The notes: a model not told the origin generated them from the letters alone. A stretch of 64,000 nt of DNA from an uncultured Bacilli bacterium (GCA_934096015.1 CAKOLD010000002.1:393-64392); one strand, 5' to 3'; shown: positions 27,784-37,257, counted from the first letter of the stretch. Numbers and translations are program-made.

Positions 27784-30591
27784 ATGAGAAATAGATTCAA
27801 AAAGAAACTGATGTTTGTTTTTGTATTGGTTGCTATAATTGGTAGTAGTTTTTTGTATTTAAATAATAATCAATTTAAAAATAAAAATAATTTAGTTGCT
27901 ATTGATTATAGTGAGGATGCTAATTATAAGGTTATATTTGATGCTAGTAGTGGATCATTATCTGGTTTTAATACTTATGGGTATACTAAATTAAGAGATG
28001 GAGTATATGGAGTTAATGATGTAAATAGTCAACCTGAATCAGTAACTTTTTCTGAAAGAAATGGTCACAACATAATGTATTGGAGTTTAGATGCTGCTTG
28101 TTCATCAAAAGATTTACAAGTGGGAGAGAATTTTGATTTATCTACTCATAAAGTCTATTATGCATGTTATGAAGAGGATGGTTTTGACAATGACGGTATA
28201 AGATACCCACAAGAAAATAGTTATGTTTCTGGAGCTATTGTTGAGTGTGGAGATCAAATTCATGTTACTTCTTGTTATGTAAAATTTGGAGGATCAGCTC
28301 GTGATTTAGGCTTTAAAGAATATTGTGATTTTGACAAAATAAAGAGAACTGATAGTGATTCTTTTGTAGAAGGATATGGAACAGTTTATAGAAATAGATT
28401 AAATAAAGCTCCTGTTCAAAATTGTAAGCAAAAATATACTGCATACTTTCATGAACATAGTTTTCAAAATGGAGAAGAAATTTTTGGTGATCAGTTAGAA
28501 TGTGGTTCTACAGAGTATGTAGAAAATGGTGTTTGTAAGTCTGTTGGTAATGCAGGTGATAAAGTAAAAACTCCAAATTCTTCTAATTTAAATTTTTATG
28601 GTAGAAAATTTATAGGATGGGCAGCAGATGATGATGGTGTAGATGTTAACTGTTCTGGCAGTTTAGTTACAGATTATGATGTAGTTATTAATAGTGACGT
28701 TCATTATTATGCTTGTTTTGAAAATAAACAAGAATCTTGTACTAGTTCTTCAAAAATTACTGATGCAGTTGGAACTAATGATGTTAAGGTTTGTTATAAT
28801 TCTGTAAAAAATAGTAGTGGTAATTATGTTTTAAATGCTATTAGTGGTGATTATGGAGAATTAATTTCTTGTAGAAGTGGATATGTATTAGATAATATCT
28901 CTTCGACTAATGTTACTGTTGATACATGTAATAAAGAAGGTATTTGTTATAAAAATTATAGACTTACTTGTAAAAGTCAAGAAAGACCTAAAATTACTTC
29001 AATTACTAATGGTACAGTTAGAAGCGATGGTTATGGTTTAATAGAATTTAGTGCTTATAGTGATGTTGGAATTAAAGGATATTATGCTAGTAGTTTTTAT
29101 GAACAACCAACAGTGAATAGTGGTTGGATATTTGATCCTAGAGGAAGTTATTCAATTAATAGTACTCCTGGTTTAGTATTTTTATGGGTTATTGATAATA
29201 ATAATTCTATTAGTTATTCAGCTATGGGATCAGTATTAGATACGGTAAATAGCGATACTACTTTAAGTTCTTTAGAAATTAAAACTTCTAATGGAGATAC
29301 TTTAAATCCAGAGTTAATTAGTGATGCTTTTGTAAGCAATGCTATAAATTCTAGTAATTATGTAAGATTATCTAATTCATTAGTTAAGGATAGTAAGATT
29401 TTAGCATCTGGTTTTAATCCTTTTGAAACGGGATATAAAATTACTACAAATTCTTCATCAATAACTGTTTATGCAACTTTAACAAGTAATGATTCTCATT
29501 ATGTAAGTGGTTTTGAACCTAGAACAGTGGATCTTGATTATGGTATTAATACTATTTTAATAAAGATACAAGATAAGAATGGTAAAGTAAGAACTTATAC
29601 TATTTTAGTAACTAGAAATGATGATAGAGATTCTACTAATACATTAAAAAGTATTACATTAAGTTCTGGAAAGATTAAGTTTGATCCTTATAAAACAGAA
29701 TATATTGTAAATGTTGGAAAAAATAAAAAGAGTGTTAGTGTAGATGGGGTTTTAAGTAGTAAGAGTTCTCAATTTGTAGATGGATTTGGTCCACGTAAAA
29801 TTGAACTTAAAAATGAACGCACAGAGGTATTATTAAAAGTACAAAGTCAAACTGGAACTATTAGAGCATATTCAATAATATTTGTAAAAACTGATAAAAA
29901 TGAAGAAGAAGGTGGAGAAGCTTTATTGTCTTCATTGAGTTTATCTAAAGCATATATTGCGTTTAATTCAGAAGTTTTTGAATATAATACTACTGTTGAA
30001 TATGAAGTTGATAGTTTGGATATATATGCTTTAGCACTTAATGGTGGAGATGCAGTAACAATTTATAAAAATAATCAAGGTGTAGAAGAAATTGTTAATC
30101 CATCTAATGTTGAACTTTCTCCTGGTTATAATAATTTTATAATTAAAGTTAGCAGTAAATCAGGAAAAGTAAATAAGTATTATTTGAATATTTTGAGAAA
30201 TGAAACTGGTTTAGATGTTTCTAGTGAAACGAAGTTAAGTATGCTTAGTATAGATGGATATGATATAAATTTTAATTCTGATAAATTGAATTATGAAGTT
30301 AAAATTAAATCGGAGAAGACTTTAGTTATAGCTGCAACACCTCAGAGTAATCGTTCAGAAATATTTATTAAAGGGAATGATAATTTAACAGCATTTAGTA
30401 CAGTTAGATTAAAAGTAGTTGCTGAAGATGGTCAATCTAGAGAATATATTATTGATATTCAAAAAGATAAATTTAATAAAAAAATAGAAACTATTGGTTT
30501 AATCAGTGGTGTTGGTATAATTTTATGTGGTATACTATTTATTGGTATAAAGAAAAGAAGAAAATCTATTAATGATTATTATGCAGAGTAG
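27784..30591 (+). CDS. large surface protein: Cys-rich N-region, >=4 cadherin-like beta-sandwich repeats, C-terminal TM anchor
   Basis: signal/TM at N-terminus; repeats 'LSSLxxxxGxLxFxxxxxxYxxxV' x4; 'IGLISGVGIILCGILFIGIKKRRK' C-terminal anchor. Confidence 0.6.
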   Translation: MRNRFKKKLMFVFVLVAIIGSSFLYLNNNQFKNKNNLVAIDYSEDANYKVIFDASSGSLSGFNTYGYTKLRDGVYGVNDVNSQPESVTFSERNGHNIMYWSLDAACSSKDLQVGENFDLSTHKVYYACYEEDGFDNDGIRYPQENSYVSGAIVECGDQIHVTSCYVKFGGSARDLGFKEYCDFDKIKRTDSDSFVEGYGTVYRNRLNKAPVQNCKQKYTAYFHEHSFQNGEEIFGDQLECGSTEYVENGVCKSVGNAGDKVKTPNSSNLNFYGRKFIGWAADDDGVDVNCSGSLVTDYDVVINSDVHYYACFENKQESCTSSSKITDAVGTNDVKVCYNSVKNSSGNYVLNAISGDYGELISCRSGYVLDNISSTNVTVDTCNKEGICYKNYRLTCKSQERPKITSITNGTVRSDGYGLIEFSAYSDVGIKGYYASSFYEQPTVNSGWIFDPRGSYSINSTPGLVFLWVIDNNNSISYSAMGSVLDTVNSDTTLSSLEIKTSNGDTLNPELISDAFVSNAINSSNYVRLSNSLVKDSKILASGFNPFETGYKITTNSSSITVYATLTSNDSHYVSGFEPRTVDLDYGINTILIKIQDKNGKVRTYTILVTRNDDRDSTNTLKSITLSSGKIKFDPYKTEYIVNVGKNKKSVSVDGVLSSKSSQFVDGFGPRKIELKNERTEVLLKVQSQTGTIRAYSIIFVKTDKNEEEGGEALLSSLSLSKAYIAFNSEVFEYNTTVEYEVDSLDIYALALNGGDAVTIYKNNQGVEEIVNPSNVELSPGYNNFIIKVSSKSGKVNKYYLNILRNETGLDVSSETKLSMLSIDGYDINFNSDKLNYEVKIKSEKTLVIAATPQSNRSEIFIKGNDNLTAFSTVRLKVVAEDGQSREYIIDIQKDKFNKKIETIGLISGVGIILCGILFIGIKKRRKSINDYYAE

Positions 30592-30599
30592 GTGTTATA

Positions 30600-31277
30600 T
30601 TGAAAAAGTATTTTGTTAGTTTAATAATTTTATTAATTTTTCCACTAATAGTTAAAGCTGAGAGTTGTAGTGGAATAAGTGAGACTTATTGTGAAAAAAG
30701 TAACTCATCATGTTTATCTGGATTACAAAACAATGGGTATAATAAATGGAGTACTTCAGGTAATACTGGAGAGACTTGTATTAAAGTAATTGCTGAAAGA
30801 AATGGGACAACAACTACATATTTGAGTGGAATGAATCCTAAAAGCAATTACAAGTGTAGTGATGGAAGTGTAGCAACTGCAACTAGAATTGCTTCGGCTC
30901 TTCCTAGCGAAGAGACTTCTGCTACAGGAAATTATTATGTTCCAGAACTATGGAAAGTAGTTTGTCCTACAAGTTCTTCTGGAAATAATTCTGGTAGTAA
31001 TACTGGTAATAATGGTAGTAATTCAGGAAATACGAATAATTCAGGGACAACAACTACACCGACTACAACAAGAAGTTCTTCTAGTGGATCAAGTAATAAT
31101 GGAACAACAAATAATGGAAATGGAACGTCAACTAATTCAAATGGTCAAATAACTGGTACAACTGAAAGTAAAGATACTGGTGTGAAGACTTATTTTATAG
31201 TTTTGTTTTTAATGGCTGGGGTAGCTTATTTGGTTTTAGTCGTTTCTAAAAAGAAAAATTTATTTAAAAATATTTGA
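30600..31277 (+). CDS. secreted Cys-rich protein with Ser/Thr/Asn/Gly-rich linker and C-terminal TM anchor
   Basis: TTG start with RBS; signal peptide; 'SGNNSGSNTGNNGSN...TTTTPTTT' linker; 'YFIVLFLMAGVAYLVLVVSKKK'. Confidence 0.45.
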   Translation: MKKYFVSLIILLIFPLIVKAESCSGISETYCEKSNSSCLSGLQNNGYNKWSTSGNTGETCIKVIAERNGTTTTYLSGMNPKSNYKCSDGSVATATRIASALPSEETSATGNYYVPELWKVVCPTSSSGNNSGSNTGNNGSNSGNTNNSGTTTTPTTTRSSSSGSSNNGTTNNGNGTSTNSNGQITGTTESKDTGVKTYFIVLFLMAGVAYLVLVVSKKKNLFKNI

Positions 31278-31323
31278 TTTATGAACCGTTTTGTAATATG
31301 ATAAATATATACAATATGGTAGT

Positions 31324-31351
31324 GGAGTCATATTGAATGACTCCTTTTTTT
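31324..31351 (+). terminator. rho-independent terminator
   Basis: stem ggagtca/tgactcc, T7. Confidence 0.75.
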
Positions 31352-31366
31352 GAAAGAGGTTAAGCT

Positions 31367-32467
31367 ATGAAAAAAATTAATTTTTTAGTGCTAGTTTTAT
31401 TTTGTTGCATGTTTTGTGTTTCAGTTAATGCTGCAAATTCTGGAGATTCAGTAGGCAGTAATTTAACTGAATATAGTTGTTCTAAGTTTCAAGATTCTAA
31501 TATGCTTATTGATAATGATACTTATTTTGGAAGATGTATGAAAGCTACTTGTAGTGGTAATAGATGGAAATTTAGTTATTATTCAACTGAATCAGTTTCT
31601 TGTTCAAATGGTAATTTAAATCCATATATTACTGTTTCTAAATCTGGATGTGATGATTATCAGAATAGTAGTTGTACAGGTACTGTAGTAAAATATTGTA
31701 CTACTTTAAATTATTTTGATTGTAATAGAACAGCTAATGGATCTAAATATGTAAAACCTACTAAAAAGGTAACAAAAACTACTACAGTTGCACCAACAAC
31801 AGAAGCTCCAACTACAGCTGCACCTTTAGATAATAATACTTACTTAAGTAGTTTAAAGGTATCTAGTGGATCAATTAATTTTAATAAAGATGTTAAAGAA
31901 TATAGCATTGAAGTTGAATCTACTATTTCTAGTATTAATGTTGAAGCAACTGCTGAATCTGGAACTTCAACTGTTAGTGGAACAGGGGCAGTAAGTTTGA
32001 GTGATGGAGTAAACACTGTAACTATTACGGTTACTGCCCAAGATGGAAGTACAGATAATTATGTAATTAATATTAACAGAAAAGAAGTATTATCTAAAAA
32101 TGCTAAATTAGCTTCTTTAACTGTTGATGGATATGATATAAATTTTGATCCTGATACTTATAATTATTCTTTAAAAATAAAAAAAGAAAGTACTTTGTCA
32201 ATAGAAGCAACTACAGAGGATAGTAGTGCAATTTATATGGTTCAAGGCAACGAAAATTTAAAAAATAATAGTATGATTAAAGTTGTTGTTACCGCTCCTG
32301 ATGGTGCAACTACTCAAGAATATACAATTACTGTACGTAAGTCTGGTAATGGAGCTGTTGTTATAGTAATTTTGGTTTTGATTTTAGCAATAGGTGGAGG
32401 AGTAGCTGGTTTCTATTTCTACACTAGAAAGAAAAATGCAGGGGATAAAGAGTATGAGTACGAATAA
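31367..32467 (+). CDS. surface protein: Cys-rich N-domain, Thr/Ala/Pro linker, two cadherin-like repeats, C-terminal TM anchor
   Basis: signal peptide; 'TYLSSLKVSSGSINF', 'AKLASLTVDGYDINF' repeats; C-terminal TM. Confidence 0.55.
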   Translation: MKKINFLVLVLFCCMFCVSVNAANSGDSVGSNLTEYSCSKFQDSNMLIDNDTYFGRCMKATCSGNRWKFSYYSTESVSCSNGNLNPYITVSKSGCDDYQNSSCTGTVVKYCTTLNYFDCNRTANGSKYVKPTKKVTKTTTVAPTTEAPTTAAPLDNNTYLSSLKVSSGSINFNKDVKEYSIEVESTISSINVEATAESGTSTVSGTGAVSLSDGVNTVTITVTAQDGSTDNYVININRKEVLSKNAKLASLTVDGYDINFDPDTYNYSLKIKKESTLSIEATTEDSSAIYMVQGNENLKNNSMIKVVVTAPDGATTQEYTITVRKSGNGAVVIVILVLILAIGGGVAGFYFYTRKKNAGDKEYEYE

Positions 32468-32861
32468 AAAGAAAATATTACTAGTAATTTCTATAATATT
32501 TATTGGTTTGCTTGCTTTTAAAGTTTATGCTGATCCAGCTCAAGAAGTTGGTTATGTTGGAGAAAACTTTTGTAGCGAAGATAGTGTAAAAAGATTATTA
32601 GTTATTGCTGGATATATCTTAATATTTGCCAAAATTTTAATTCCATTAATTATTATAATTAAGGGGAGTTTAGATGTTTTTCAAGCAGTTATTGCTAAAG
32701 ATAATAAAATTGTTGCCAGTGTAAAAACTTTAGCATTTAGGATTTTTTTAGGAATATTTATATTTTTTATTCCTAGTTTAGTAAAATGGACAGTTGGGTT
32801 ATTTCCGAATGATAATAATCAATGTTTTGATTGTGTTTTATCTCCAACTGAATGTAGATAA
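32454..32861 (+). CDS. VirB2/TrbC-like pilin-like small membrane protein (paralog 1 of 3), CxxC-containing tail
   Basis: signal segment, two hydrophobic helices around loop 'GSLDVFQAVIAKDNKIVASVK', tail 'CFDCVLSPTECR'; ORF 32436 trimmed to MSTNKKK. Confidence 0.45.
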   Translation: MSTNKKKILLVISIIFIGLLAFKVYADPAQEVGYVGENFCSEDSVKRLLVIAGYILIFAKILIPLIIIIKGSLDVFQAVIAKDNKIVASVKTLAFRIFLGIFIFFIPSLVKWTVGLFPNDNNQCFDCVLSPTECR

Positions 32862-32887
32862 ACTCTTTATTAAGAGTTTTTTCTTTT
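32861..32887 (+). terminator. rho-independent terminator after pilin-like gene
   Basis: stem aactctt/aagagtt, T-run. Confidence 0.75.
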
Positions 32888-32909
32888 AATATAAATAGAG
32901 GTGAGTAAA

Positions 32910-35423
32910 ATGAAAAAATTTTTACATTATTTTTTAGCATTTTTAATTCCTATATTAATTTTTTGTTTAGCAATGTATTTTATGAATTTGTATCCTTTTG
33001 GAGATCAATCCTTTAGAATAAAAGATGCTTTTAGTCAATATCCTGCTTTTTTTGAAGGTTTAAGACAAGGAAATTTCTTTACTTTTAAAATAGGTTTAGG
33101 CACTAATTTTTATCCAATATTTACAACCTATTTAGCTAATCCTCTTAATTTAGTGTATTTTTTATTTAAAAATTATCAATTTGAAATATTTTTCTTTCTT
33201 TTAATAATTTTTAAAATTGGATTAATAGGACTTAGTATGAATATATTATTGAATTATAAAAATGGATATAATAAATGGTCACTATTATTTTCTACAATAT
33301 ATTCTTTATGTGGATTTGTTTCACTTTATTATTTTAATTATCAATTTTTAGATGCATTATATATGTTACCATTAATTATGATAGGAATAGATAAAATAGT
33401 AAGTAATGATAAAAATTTAATGTATTTTATTACTCTTACTTTAATGATAATATTTCATTATTATACAGCTTATATGATATGTGTTTTTTTGGTAATTTAT
33501 TTTTTCTTTTTATTATATAATAAGGATTTTAATAAAAAGACTAAATTAAAAAAGATAAAAAAATTTTTTATTACAAGTTTATTTTGTGGTTTATGTTCTT
33601 CTTTTATAACTATTCCTACTTTTTACAGTTTATTGCAGGGAAGAACTTCATATTACGAAGGCTTAAAATATTTTGCTATTAATAAAAATGGAGGATCTTT
33701 CTTTTATAATTTAACTTCTTCTAGTACTTTTGTTACAGATTTAATAGGTACATGTGCACCAGTTTTTATTACTTTACTTGTTATAGTTTTAATTATTTTT
33801 ACTTTCTTTAGAAAAGATATCAATAAAAAATATAAGGCTTCTTTATTGATAATAATTTTATTATATTTTCTTTCTTTAAGTTTTAATTTATTTTATGATG
33901 CTTGGCATGTATTTCAGGAGCCAGTAGGATTACCTGGAAGGTTTGTTTTTACTTTTAATGCTTTTTTAGTTTTAATTTCTTATAATACTTTTTTAAATAT
34001 TCCTAAAATTAAAATTAAAAATAAAATTATTATTTATATAGTTACAATTGTTACAATATTATTATCATTTTTATATAAATTATATTTAATTAATTTTAAA
34101 GAATTAGATAATATTTATTATTATATGATAATATTCAATTTATTATCTTTATTTTGCTATATATTTTTTATGGATAAGAAAAAAGGCAAATATTTAATTA
34201 TATTTTTAGTATTATGTGAATTATTATGTAATCAAATATTTTCTTTTAATGTTTCATTTGCTTATGCTAAATATGATGATCGTACAGTTAATTTAAAAAA
34301 GGAAAAAGATATTGCTGAATTTTATGATAATTTAAAAAATAATAACTATCTAAGAATGGAAACGTATGATAGTTATAACAGTGGTATGTTTTATAATTAT
34401 AATTCTGTTAGTTATTACGTTTCAATTTATAATAATAATTTAAGTTTATTTGTAAATAAAAGTAATAAAAATAGTGAAAATAGTGAAAATTATATGCACA
34501 TAATTTCCTACAAATCCAATTTTTTATTTGATTCGTTTTTTGGCATTGGAAATACTGTTTATTTTAAATCAGATGATATGTGTTATGAAAAACATAATGG
34601 TGTAGTTATTAAAAGCTTAGGATTTTTAGTGAATAGTGATGATCTATATAATGATTTAAATAATTCTATTGATGATATTGTAAAATTGTATAATGATTTT
34701 ACAAAAAATAAGTATAATTTAAAATTGAAGGAATTAACACCAAGTATAGTATATGATAATGTTAAATTAAATGATGGTATTTTTTCTTTAATTAACGATA
34801 ATTACGATGGGAAAGTAAGGTTTAAATATATATTTGATGAAGATATGTATATTAATCTTGATTTATTAGAAGGACAGTATTTTACTTATTTGAAATCTGG
34901 AGTTGAATATGATACCGAAGATACCATCAATGTAATTTATAATAATAAAAAGGTTAATAGTGTGAATAAGGTAAGAAAAGGAGATAAGTTAGAAATCATT
35001 TTAACTATTCCAAGAGATTTAAAATCAGTTCTAAATAATTTTAAAAATATTACTGGTGTAAATAAACAAGTTTTTACTAATGTAATTAATGATTTAAATG
35101 AGAATGTTATTGAAGATATTACATTTAATTCTTTTGGGTTTACGGGGGATTTACAATCAACTTCTGATAAAAATTATGCAGTATTAACAATTCCTTATGA
35201 TGAAAATATTTTAATAAAAGTGGATGGAGAAAAAGTTAATTATAATAAAATATTAGGTGGGATAATAGGTTTTAAAATACCTGAGGGCCGCCATAAAATA
35301 GATTTTGAATATCACATAAAAGGCTTAAAAATGGGAATAATAATATCAAGTATTAGTTTAGTAGTGTTTTTGTTTACAAAAATTCTTGAAAAAAAAAATA
35401 ATACTAGGTATAATAATAGGTGA
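32910..35423 (+). CDS. YfhO-family GT-C membrane glycosyltransferase
   Basis: N-terminal 'MNLYPFGDQSFRIKDAFSQYPAFF' YfhO hallmark, ~13 TM in first 450 aa, large extracytoplasmic C-domain, final TM. Confidence 0.7.
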   Translation: MKKFLHYFLAFLIPILIFCLAMYFMNLYPFGDQSFRIKDAFSQYPAFFEGLRQGNFFTFKIGLGTNFYPIFTTYLANPLNLVYFLFKNYQFEIFFFLLIIFKIGLIGLSMNILLNYKNGYNKWSLLFSTIYSLCGFVSLYYFNYQFLDALYMLPLIMIGIDKIVSNDKNLMYFITLTLMIIFHYYTAYMICVFLVIYFFFLLYNKDFNKKTKLKKIKKFFITSLFCGLCSSFITIPTFYSLLQGRTSYYEGLKYFAINKNGGSFFYNLTSSSTFVTDLIGTCAPVFITLLVIVLIIFTFFRKDINKKYKASLLIIILLYFLSLSFNLFYDAWHVFQEPVGLPGRFVFTFNAFLVLISYNTFLNIPKIKIKNKIIIYIVTIVTILLSFLYKLYLINFKELDNIYYYMIIFNLLSLFCYIFFMDKKKGKYLIIFLVLCELLCNQIFSFNVSFAYAKYDDRTVNLKKEKDIAEFYDNLKNNNYLRMETYDSYNSGMFYNYNSVSYYVSIYNNNLSLFVNKSNKNSENSENYMHIISYKSNFLFDSFFGIGNTVYFKSDDMCYEKHNGVVIKSLGFLVNSDDLYNDLNNSIDDIVKLYNDFTKNKYNLKLKELTPSIVYDNVKLNDGIFSLINDNYDGKVRFKYIFDEDMYINLDLLEGQYFTYLKSGVEYDTEDTINVIYNNKKVNSVNKVRKGDKLEIILTIPRDLKSVLNNFKNITGVNKQVFTNVINDLNENVIEDITFNSFGFTGDLQSTSDKNYAVLTIPYDENILIKVDGEKVNYNKILGGIIGFKIPEGRHKIDFEYHIKGLKMGIIISSISLVVFLFTKILEKKNNTRYNNR

Positions 35424-35443
35424 AAATAAGGAGGAATGTTTAA

Positions 35444-35680
35444 ATGAAAGAAGCAAGTGGAGAATTAAGTATGACTGCTGTTGCAATTGTTGCAATTGCT
35501 GCATTAAGTGTTTTGTTCTTAACTGTTATATTTCCAAATATAAAACGTAGTTTAGAACATAATCAATTATGTTCTGCAGCATATGGGTGTACTAATTGTA
35601 CAGGTGGAGTATGTACTTGTACAGCGGTAAATAGCTCTGGTGCAACTACTACTGTAACTTGTGATGACCCAAATAAATAG
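35444..35680 (+). CDS. 78-aa membrane-anchored Cys/Thr/Gly-rich peptide (minor pilin-like?)
   Basis: strong RBS AAGGAGGA; 'MKEASGELSMTAVAIVAIAALSVLFLTVIF' then 'CSAAYGCTNCTGGVCTCTAVNSSGATTTVTC'. Confidence 0.4.
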   Translation: MKEASGELSMTAVAIVAIAALSVLFLTVIFPNIKRSLEHNQLCSAAYGCTNCTGGVCTCTAVNSSGATTTVTCDDPNK

Positions 35681-35704
35681 TCTTTATAGAAAGCTTGTTA
35701 TAAA

Positions 35705-36163
35705 GTGAGAGAGTCTATTGGTGGTGCATGGCTTTTAGGAATTGTTATGACTTTCATTGTTTTATTTGCTAGTTTTTTGGCAGTTTCAATTAATTATTCT
35801 AAAGCTTTTAAAGTTAAAAATAATGTTGTTGATTTAATAGAAAAAAATGAAGGTGTTAATAGTTCAACTGTTGCAGATATATATAATTATTTGCAGAGTG
35901 AAGGATATATTCTTAAGGGGCCATGTAGAAATGGTGGAAAAGGTTTTGACAAGGATGGCGTAGCAACTAATCAATCAAAGTCTTTGTATTGTGTTAAAGA
36001 AAATAAAATACAGGATACTGATACAGGACTTGAAAAATCTTATTATAGTGTAGAAGTGTTTTTTAGATTGGATTTGCCTATTTTTGGAGATGTTTTTACA
36101 TTCCATGTTAATGGAGAAACTATGAGTATATATTTTCCTAAAAATGGGTGGACATTAAGTTAG
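35705..36163 (+). CDS. small N-terminally anchored protein (pseudopilin/TadE-like topology?)
   Basis: N-terminal hydrophobic helix 'AWLLGIVMTFIVLFASFLAV'; start uncertain (GTG). Confidence 0.3.
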   Translation: MRESIGGAWLLGIVMTFIVLFASFLAVSINYSKAFKVKNNVVDLIEKNEGVNSSTVADIYNYLQSEGYILKGPCRNGGKGFDKDGVATNQSKSLYCVKENKIQDTDTGLEKSYYSVEVFFRLDLPIFGDVFTFHVNGETMSIYFPKNGWTLS

Positions 36164-36172
36164 TGAGGATTT

Positions 36173-37189
36173 ATGAACGTAATTATTGCAAATAAGCGAA
36201 AAGATTTGCTAGATAAACTTGATATTGATATTATTAAATCCGTTGATGGAGAATATTCTGTTGATGAATTAATTAGTATGTTTACTAATTTTTTCTTTAA
36301 TAAAATGATAGTGGATATTACTGCAATTAAGGATTTTAATAATATTAATAATATTAAAAAGTTTACTGAAGCAGTTGATGTTAATAAAGTAATTTTATTA
36401 CTTGGAGATTCTTCTTTAGAAAGTAGTAAAGAATTTATAAGCGATTTAATAAGTATGGGAATTTATAATTTTACTCAAACTCTTCAAGGGGTTATGGATT
36501 TATATAATAAACCTAATACTTATGATGATGTTAAAATGTATCATTCAGATACTAGTTTTAGTACTTTAAAGACTGAAAAAAAAGATATTGCTTTATATGA
36601 TGAGGCTTTGGAATTTAATGAAGATTTAAGAATTATAGGTGTTCAAGATTTAACTGATGGAGCTGGAGCTACTACGTTGGTTGTACAAATGGTTAAACAA
36701 CTTAATATAAATTATCCAACTATTGGGATTGAACTTAATAAACAAGATTTTATATTTTTTACTTCACCTTTTTTATATTCTTGTACTTCTAAAGCAGATG
36801 CTATTAAGAAGATTAATGAACATAAAGAGTGCAAAGTTGTAATTGTTGATTTAAATAAATTTGATGATACTAGCTTTTGTAATGATGTTATTTATCTTGT
36901 TGAACCTTCAACTATTAAATTAACAAAATTAATGAAACGTAATAGAGTTGTCTTTGATAATTTAAGGGGAAAGAAAATTATATTAAATAAAACTGCTCTT
37001 AAAGAGAAAGATGTATCTGAATTTGAAACTGAAATAGGTACTAGAGTATTTGCTTGTGTAAATAACTTTAATGATAGATCTGAAAGAGTGTTAACTGTTG
37101 ATTCTTTACTTGTTAAGTTAGGATTTACTAAACAGTATGTGGGTGATGGAAAAGCTCCTAAAAAAAGAGGACTTTTTAGTAGACATTAA
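36173..37189 (+). CDS. degenerate ParA/MinD-fold protein with N-terminal receiver-like domain (TadZ/CpaE-like architecture)
   Basis: 'GVQDLTDGAGATTLVVQMV' = deviant Walker A with Lys->Ala; 'CKVVIVDLN' Walker-B-like; N-terminal ~120 aa flavodoxin/receiver-like. Confidence 0.4.
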   Translation: MNVIIANKRKDLLDKLDIDIIKSVDGEYSVDELISMFTNFFFNKMIVDITAIKDFNNINNIKKFTEAVDVNKVILLLGDSSLESSKEFISDLISMGIYNFTQTLQGVMDLYNKPNTYDDVKMYHSDTSFSTLKTEKKDIALYDEALEFNEDLRIIGVQDLTDGAGATTLVVQMVKQLNINYPTIGIELNKQDFIFFTSPFLYSCTSKADAIKKINEHKECKVVIVDLNKFDDTSFCNDVIYLVEPSTIKLTKLMKRNRVVFDNLRGKKIILNKTALKEKDVSEFETEIGTRVFACVNNFNDRSERVLTVDSLLVKLGFTKQYVGDGKAPKKRGLFSRH

Positions 37190-37202
37190 CATTTATTCGT
37201 AA

Positions 37203-37231
37203 TTGACAAAAATATATAAATAATATATGAT
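37203..37231 (+). promoter_or_regulatory. strong sigma-A-type promoter for pilin-like gene
   Basis: TTGACA-17-TATGAT. Confidence 0.55.
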
Positions 37232-37257
37232 GTTGTTGTAGGAAAGAAGAGGTATAT

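Noticed and set aside
35444-35680. 78-aa Cys/Thr/Ser/Gly-rich peptide as a lanthipeptide or sactipeptide (RiPP) precursor
   Set aside because: The N-terminal part is a hydrophobic membrane segment rather than a soluble leader. No LanB/LanC/LanM, radical-SAM or ABC-peptidase genes adjacent. More plausibly a membrane-anchored pilin-like subunit.
36173-37189. Calling this protein an active ParA partition ATPase or a bona fide TadZ
   Set aside because: The Walker A lysine is absent ('DGAGATT') and there is no parB/parS or tadABC context. Only the architecture, not the function, can be claimed.
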